Of a DNA stretch of 64,000 nucleotides, positions 60,406 through 64,000 are shown one piece after another. The notes under the pieces are model-generated. The model did not search any database, was not told where the DNA came from, and was given only the letters and a program-made list of their open reading frames with translations. A program made the position numbers and the translations under genes. This DNA comes from Pyrinomonadaceae bacterium (GTDB taxonomy: Bacteria; Acidobacteriota; Blastocatellia; Pyrinomonadales; Pyrinomonadaceae). Position 1 is the stretch's first letter. Each line of letters begins with the position of its first letter. The DNA is taken from the NCBI GenBank assembly GCA_044228265.1, contig JBGAVC010000011.1, forward strand, positions 816 through 64,815, read 5' to 3'.

Positions 60406-62760
60406 CTAGGACTTGCTCGTTATCCGGCCTGACTGTATGAGGCGTTGGCGGACGCGCTCCTGCCATTTTTTCTGCGGCCGTTCGTCGTCCTCGAACCGTT
60501 CGATCAGGTCGTTCATCGATTCGCCGCCCGCAAGCCGGGTCTTCAAATAGAGCAACGCAACTATGATAGCAGAAAACGACAGGACAATGATCTGAAGCGG
60601 AAGCCAGATGATCTGTACGAGCGAGCCGAGCACCGTGTGCTTGAGCTGGGTCCGCATATCGGCATTGTCCACGTTCTCGGTCGGCCCGATGTTGATCGTG
60701 CGGCTTCGGCCGAACTGGATATTGAGCGTGTCGTTCTTCTTTTCAGAGTTCGCAACCGGCTCTGCGGCAGTCGGATCCGGGTTATTTACCTGCTGCTCGA
60801 CAGCTACTTGCGTTTGCGTTTTGGGATCGATGGCCTTTGCGGCGAGGCTAACGACAAGCGAGAGCGAGCTAGCGAGTATCACAGGGATCAGGAACAGCAT
60901 CGCCGCGGCTCCCATCGAGGTCATAAATGAACGGGTCGTCAGGCGCTTTGAACGGACGAACGCATCGCGAATTCGGCCTGGTTCCATCATCACCACCGGA
61001 GTGACCAGCATGCAGAGCACGTAACCGACAAAGAAACACACCAGGCAGCCGATCGCACCGCCGACCCCGGTGATGATCGCGGTCACTGTTCCGAGACCCG
61101 TGAACAGAGAGGCGAGCAAGCCGATCAGTCCGAACACGATACATCCGGCGATCGCACCGGCAATGGCAGAGGCGAACGGGGCGATCGCTACGAGCACGCC
61201 GCTGCCCATGAATTTCTTCCATTTTCGCCGTGCCTCCTGAAGCGCGGGCCGCAGCCTCACTGGCCGCAGAGGCACTGCGAGATACTGAGTTACGATCCAC
61301 ACGATCGTTCCGATCGTCAACGTCGCGGTAAACGCACTCATCAGCGTCAGCAGAAATCCGCCCAATCCCGAAGCGACGTTTGCTGTCGTGTCCGAAACGA
61401 AGTTACTGACCTTGAGGAACGAGAAGACGACCAGGAACATCGTCAAAATTGCAACCGGAAAATAAAAGAACGTCGTCAGCAGCAAGAACTTCGGCAGGTG
61501 TTCGCTATAAATGACTAGCGCACGCCGCAGGAGCCCGAACAGTCCCTCGGACCGGGCACGGAGCACGCTGGCAAACGCTTCGGCGGTCTGAGGACGATTT
61601 TCGGGATCCTTGTCGAGTGCCGAGTGGATGGCGAGCTTCATCTTTCGGCGGACCCGTTTTGCACGGAGCGGCCGCGGCGTCGCCAATTTGTGGGCCTCCA
61701 TTACCGCTTTAAGGTCACCCGAGAACGGAGTATCGCCCGATAGCATCTGATACGCGATCACGCCGAGGCTGTAAATGTCCGATCGAGGATCGAGCCGTTC
61801 GCCCCGGCACTGTTCGGGCGACATATAGAGCGGCGTCCCCAGTACCGCGCCGACTCGGGTCAGTTCGGCCGAATTAGATGATTCCGGGCGCGAATTGCCG
61901 CTGACACGCGCTGGTGAGCCCGATCGCCCCGCCTCCGAAGTGCCGTTGATCACATGCGTGTCGGCGTTCTCGGTGTCGATATTCGCCCTGTCGTAGTCCT
62001 CCAGGATCGCGGTCTTGCTTTCGGACTCGACCGGCGCAATAAGCAACGTTCCCGCTTCCGCCGCGATCGTTCCATGGCTGCCGGTCTGCGAGATCGTGGC
62101 GCTGTCGGAAACGATCGTCGACGGCCCTTCTCCGGCGATGGTCTCGCCGTCGGGATTCCCGCCGAAAGTGATCCGTCCGGTCGTTGCGTATGTCGGCAGC
62201 GTCGAGTGATTCCGGTGAATTATGTCGGCTTCGCCCTCAACATGCTCTTCGAGCTTGGCGATGCCAAAATCGAGCACTTTGACCGTATAGCCACCGCGCT
62301 GATTGGGTTCGAGCCAGATATTGTCCGGCTTTAGGTCGCGATGGATGATGCCTTGCTCATGTGCTTCCTGCACCGCCGAGCAGACCTGCTCCAGGATGTC
62401 GATCGTCCAGCCGACCGGTAGGTTCTTTTCTTCGTCAAGTATCTCGCCGAGCGTACAGCCGTCGAGATATTCCATCACGAGATACGCGACCTGGCCTTCT
62501 TTCGACTCGGCAAACCCGAAATCGGTCACGTCGACTACGTTCGGGTGCCGAAGCCGTCCCGCCGCACGTGCTTCGCGACGAAAACGCTCGACAAATTCAG
62601 CCCGTTTCATGAACTGCGGCGAAATGATCTTTACCGCGACCGGACGCTCGGTCCCGAGGTGGGTCGCAAGGTACACCGTGCCCATCCCGCCGCGGCCAAG
62701 CTCGCGTTCGAGATGGTACTTGCCGTCGAGTGTCTGGCCTGTAATATCGAGGTCTGGCAT
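60406..62760 (-). CDS. Ser/Thr protein kinase with long multi-pass membrane C-terminal region
   Basis: 784 aa. GRGGMGTVY, VAVK, HRDLKPDNIW, DFGIAK and SPEQ in the N-terminal 330 aa. The C-terminal ~400 aa has roughly 8 hydrophobic helices. Confidence 0.9.
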   Translation of the reverse strand: MPDLDITGQTLDGKYHLERELGRGGMGTVYLATHLGTERPVAVKIISPQFMKRAEFVERFRREARAAGRLRHPNVVDVTDFGFAESKEGQVAYLVMEYLDGCTLGEILDEEKNLPVGWTIDILEQVCSAVQEAHEQGIIHRDLKPDNIWLEPNQRGGYTVKVLDFGIAKLEEHVEGEADIIHRNHSTLPTYATTGRITFGGNPDGETIAGEGPSTIVSDSATISQTGSHGTIAAEAGTLLIAPVESESKTAILEDYDRANIDTENADTHVINGTSEAGRSGSPARVSGNSRPESSNSAELTRVGAVLGTPLYMSPEQCRGERLDPRSDIYSLGVIAYQMLSGDTPFSGDLKAVMEAHKLATPRPLRAKRVRRKMKLAIHSALDKDPENRPQTAEAFASVLRARSEGLFGLLRRALVIYSEHLPKFLLLTTFFYFPVAILTMFLVVFSFLKVSNFVSDTTANVASGLGGFLLTLMSAFTATLTIGTIVWIVTQYLAVPLRPVRLRPALQEARRKWKKFMGSGVLVAIAPFASAIAGAIAGCIVFGLIGLLASLFTGLGTVTAIITGVGGAIGCLVCFFVGYVLCMLVTPVVMMEPGRIRDAFVRSKRLTTRSFMTSMGAAAMLFLIPVILASSLSLVVSLAAKAIDPKTQTQVAVEQQVNNPDPTAAEPVANSEKKNDTLNIQFGRSRTINIGPTENVDNADMRTQLKHTVLGSLVQIIWLPLQIIVLSFSAIIVALLYLKTRLAGGESMNDLIERFEDDERPQKKWQERVRQRLIQSGRITSKS

Positions 62761-63025
62761 CAGGATCGTATCCTTCAGAAATCTAACCGCTTTGGCGGAA
62801 CCTTTGCAAGTAATTACGACCTCATCCTCGGATTAGTTTTCTAAATCGCTGTAAGGTTTTGTAAACGCCACTCGGTCGTCCCCGGCACGTCCTTGTCGCC
62901 CCGGTCTTGGGTTCTTTTGGATATTCCGGCAAAATCGTCTTGCATCGCCGTCACACAGTTGTTAGTAAGGTTCATCCCTGAAAACTCGCACCAGAGTGCG
63001 ATCAAACCAACGCAGGAGGCAAGTC

Positions 63026-63382
63026 ATGTCAAGGCCATTAACATCTGTGATGCGATTTAATCCTAAACTCAGAGCGTGTTTAGTCAACGACAAAGACCAC
63101 ATCGGGCTCGCAACGTTTCCCGAGCGCGATCGCAGAGGAATTCACGTGGTACTGATCAAAAAGGCGCTAAACGCATTTGCTAGGCGATTCGGGATGGACG
63201 AGTTGGACGAGACGAACGATTTTTATGATCAGGAGACGGCGGATCTGGTGACGACCTTTAAGGAACTTCACAAACCACCGATTCTCAATTTCATGAGACA
63301 AATAGATAATATCGTCGGGAAACAGACTATTGCAGCTCTCGACGATGAATTGCCTTTCCAGTCACCCGGTAAGCTGAGTTAA
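63026..63382 (+). CDS. small protein with peptidoglycan-binding-like (PG_binding_1-type) helical repeat
   Basis: 118 aa from ATG 63026 (AGGAGG 7 nt upstream). ...VVLIKKALNAFARRFG...FYDQETADLVTTFKE...GKQTIAALD resembles the PGB pattern. Confidence 0.45.
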   Translation: MSRPLTSVMRFNPKLRACLVNDKDHIGLATFPERDRRGIHVVLIKKALNAFARRFGMDELDETNDFYDQETADLVTTFKELHKPPILNFMRQIDNIVGKQTIAALDDELPFQSPGKLS

Positions 63383-63504
63383 CCGCGGCGACTGCCAGGC
63401 CAAACGGGGGTGAAGGTAAGTCCGCGTTCTCGTCGAAATGCAGGCTTTTCCCTGCCGACCCGCGGAGGGGCAGTCGACTGGCGTTCCGGCATACGAAGGA
63501 AAGT

Positions 63505-64000
63505 CTAACGCACGATCGAATTCGACGCAGGCTTGTCCTCGGCGGTGCCGAATTGTAGGGCGGAAAACCCGGAGGTCGACAGTTGCATGTACCAAATGCC
63601 CTCGTTAGGCCGGTAGACCGCGATGTCAGTCTTGCCGTCGCCGTCGTAGTCGCCCGGTGCCGGAAGATCGCTCGAAGCTCCGAATTGCAAACCGTAGAAA
63701 CCGAGGTTCTCGCTTCTGAGGATATACCACGAACCGGTCATAGGCCGCCATACAGCGATGTCCGCCTTACCGTCGCCCGTGTAATCTGCCGGAACGACTT
63801 TGTCGCTTGCAACGCCGAATTGGGCAGCAAAGAACGACCCGTTCGAGCTGTTGAGCCGGTACCATACACCGTCCGACGGCCTGAAGACCGCGATATCGGC
63901 TTTGCCGTCACCATCAAAATCGCCGGCCGTTGGCCGGTCACCAGAGCTTCCGAATCCGACGGCAGAGAATCCCACGGTCGATTGCTGAAGGAACCACGTG
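63505..64000 (-). CDS. FG-GAP/VCBS-repeat protein, C-terminal part (N-terminus beyond window end)
   Basis: Four tandem ~38-aa repeats (GDFDGDGKADIAVFRPSDGVWY / ADYTGDGKADIAVWRPMTGSWY / GDYDGDGKTDIAVYRPNEGIWY). The frame stays open to position 64000. Confidence 0.8.
   Translation of the reverse strand, partial: TWFLQQSTVGFSAVGFGSSGDRPTAGDFDGDGKADIAVFRPSDGVWYRLNSSNGSFFAAQFGVASDKVVPADYTGDGKADIAVWRPMTGSWYILRSENLGFYGLQFGASSDLPAPGDYDGDGKTDIAVYRPNEGIWYMQLSTSGFSALQFGTAEDKPASNSIVR

Overview
64-kb window from a fairly GC-rich diderm bacterium. The gene content suggests Acidobacteriota, by inference only: a CarboxypepD_reg-type TonB-dependent receptor, PEP-CTERM and PEGA proteins, a BNR/VPS10-like protein, and Ala/Glu/Lys tails on ribosomal proteins. 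The centre (13.9-40.9 kb) is one co-directional minus-strand block: rpsL-rpsG-fusA-tuf, the S10/spc/alpha ribosomal-protein clusters (with secY, adk, map, infA, rpmJ), then accB-accC and rpsO-pnp. The left flank holds a tightly packed glyQS / sensor kinase / KdpE-like regulator / small membrane protein / beta-barrel chain. It also holds a small disordered-protein gene, an AraC remnant, an S33-type hydrolase, a decayed mobile-element patch, a TonB-dependent receptor, and PEGA and PEP-CTERM proteins. The right flank holds a 2Fe-2S fusion protein, a secreted kinase-like protein with a DUF4956-like membrane protein and a PFA-DSP-type phosphatase, an EamA transporter, a BNR protein and a LolA-like protein. 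It continues with pckG, MFS, DoxX, BI-1, a peroxiredoxin, xseA/xseB with an inserted gene, a Toastrack-VWA protein and a membrane Ser/Thr kinase. Main observations: (1) an in-frame UGA sits exactly at the catalytic Cys position of an exported AhpE-type peroxiredoxin, with a SECIS-like hairpin downstream, so this is a probable selenoprotein. (2) About 15 of the roughly 23 longer intercistronic spacers of the ribosomal-protein block carry hairpins whose two arms are tandem arrays of 7-nt (some 8-nt) units in a few sequence families. (3) A 181-bp near-identical direct repeat (gene 3' end plus terminator) brackets a 3.8-kb segment holding a TIR-bounded element remnant and the TonB receptor. (4) glyQS is broken by a single-base frameshift. 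(5) S17, L22 and L4 each carry 85-110-aa low-complexity extensions. No rRNA, tRNA or CRISPR array was seen. All calls come from reading translations and motifs; no database search or folding calculation was possible.
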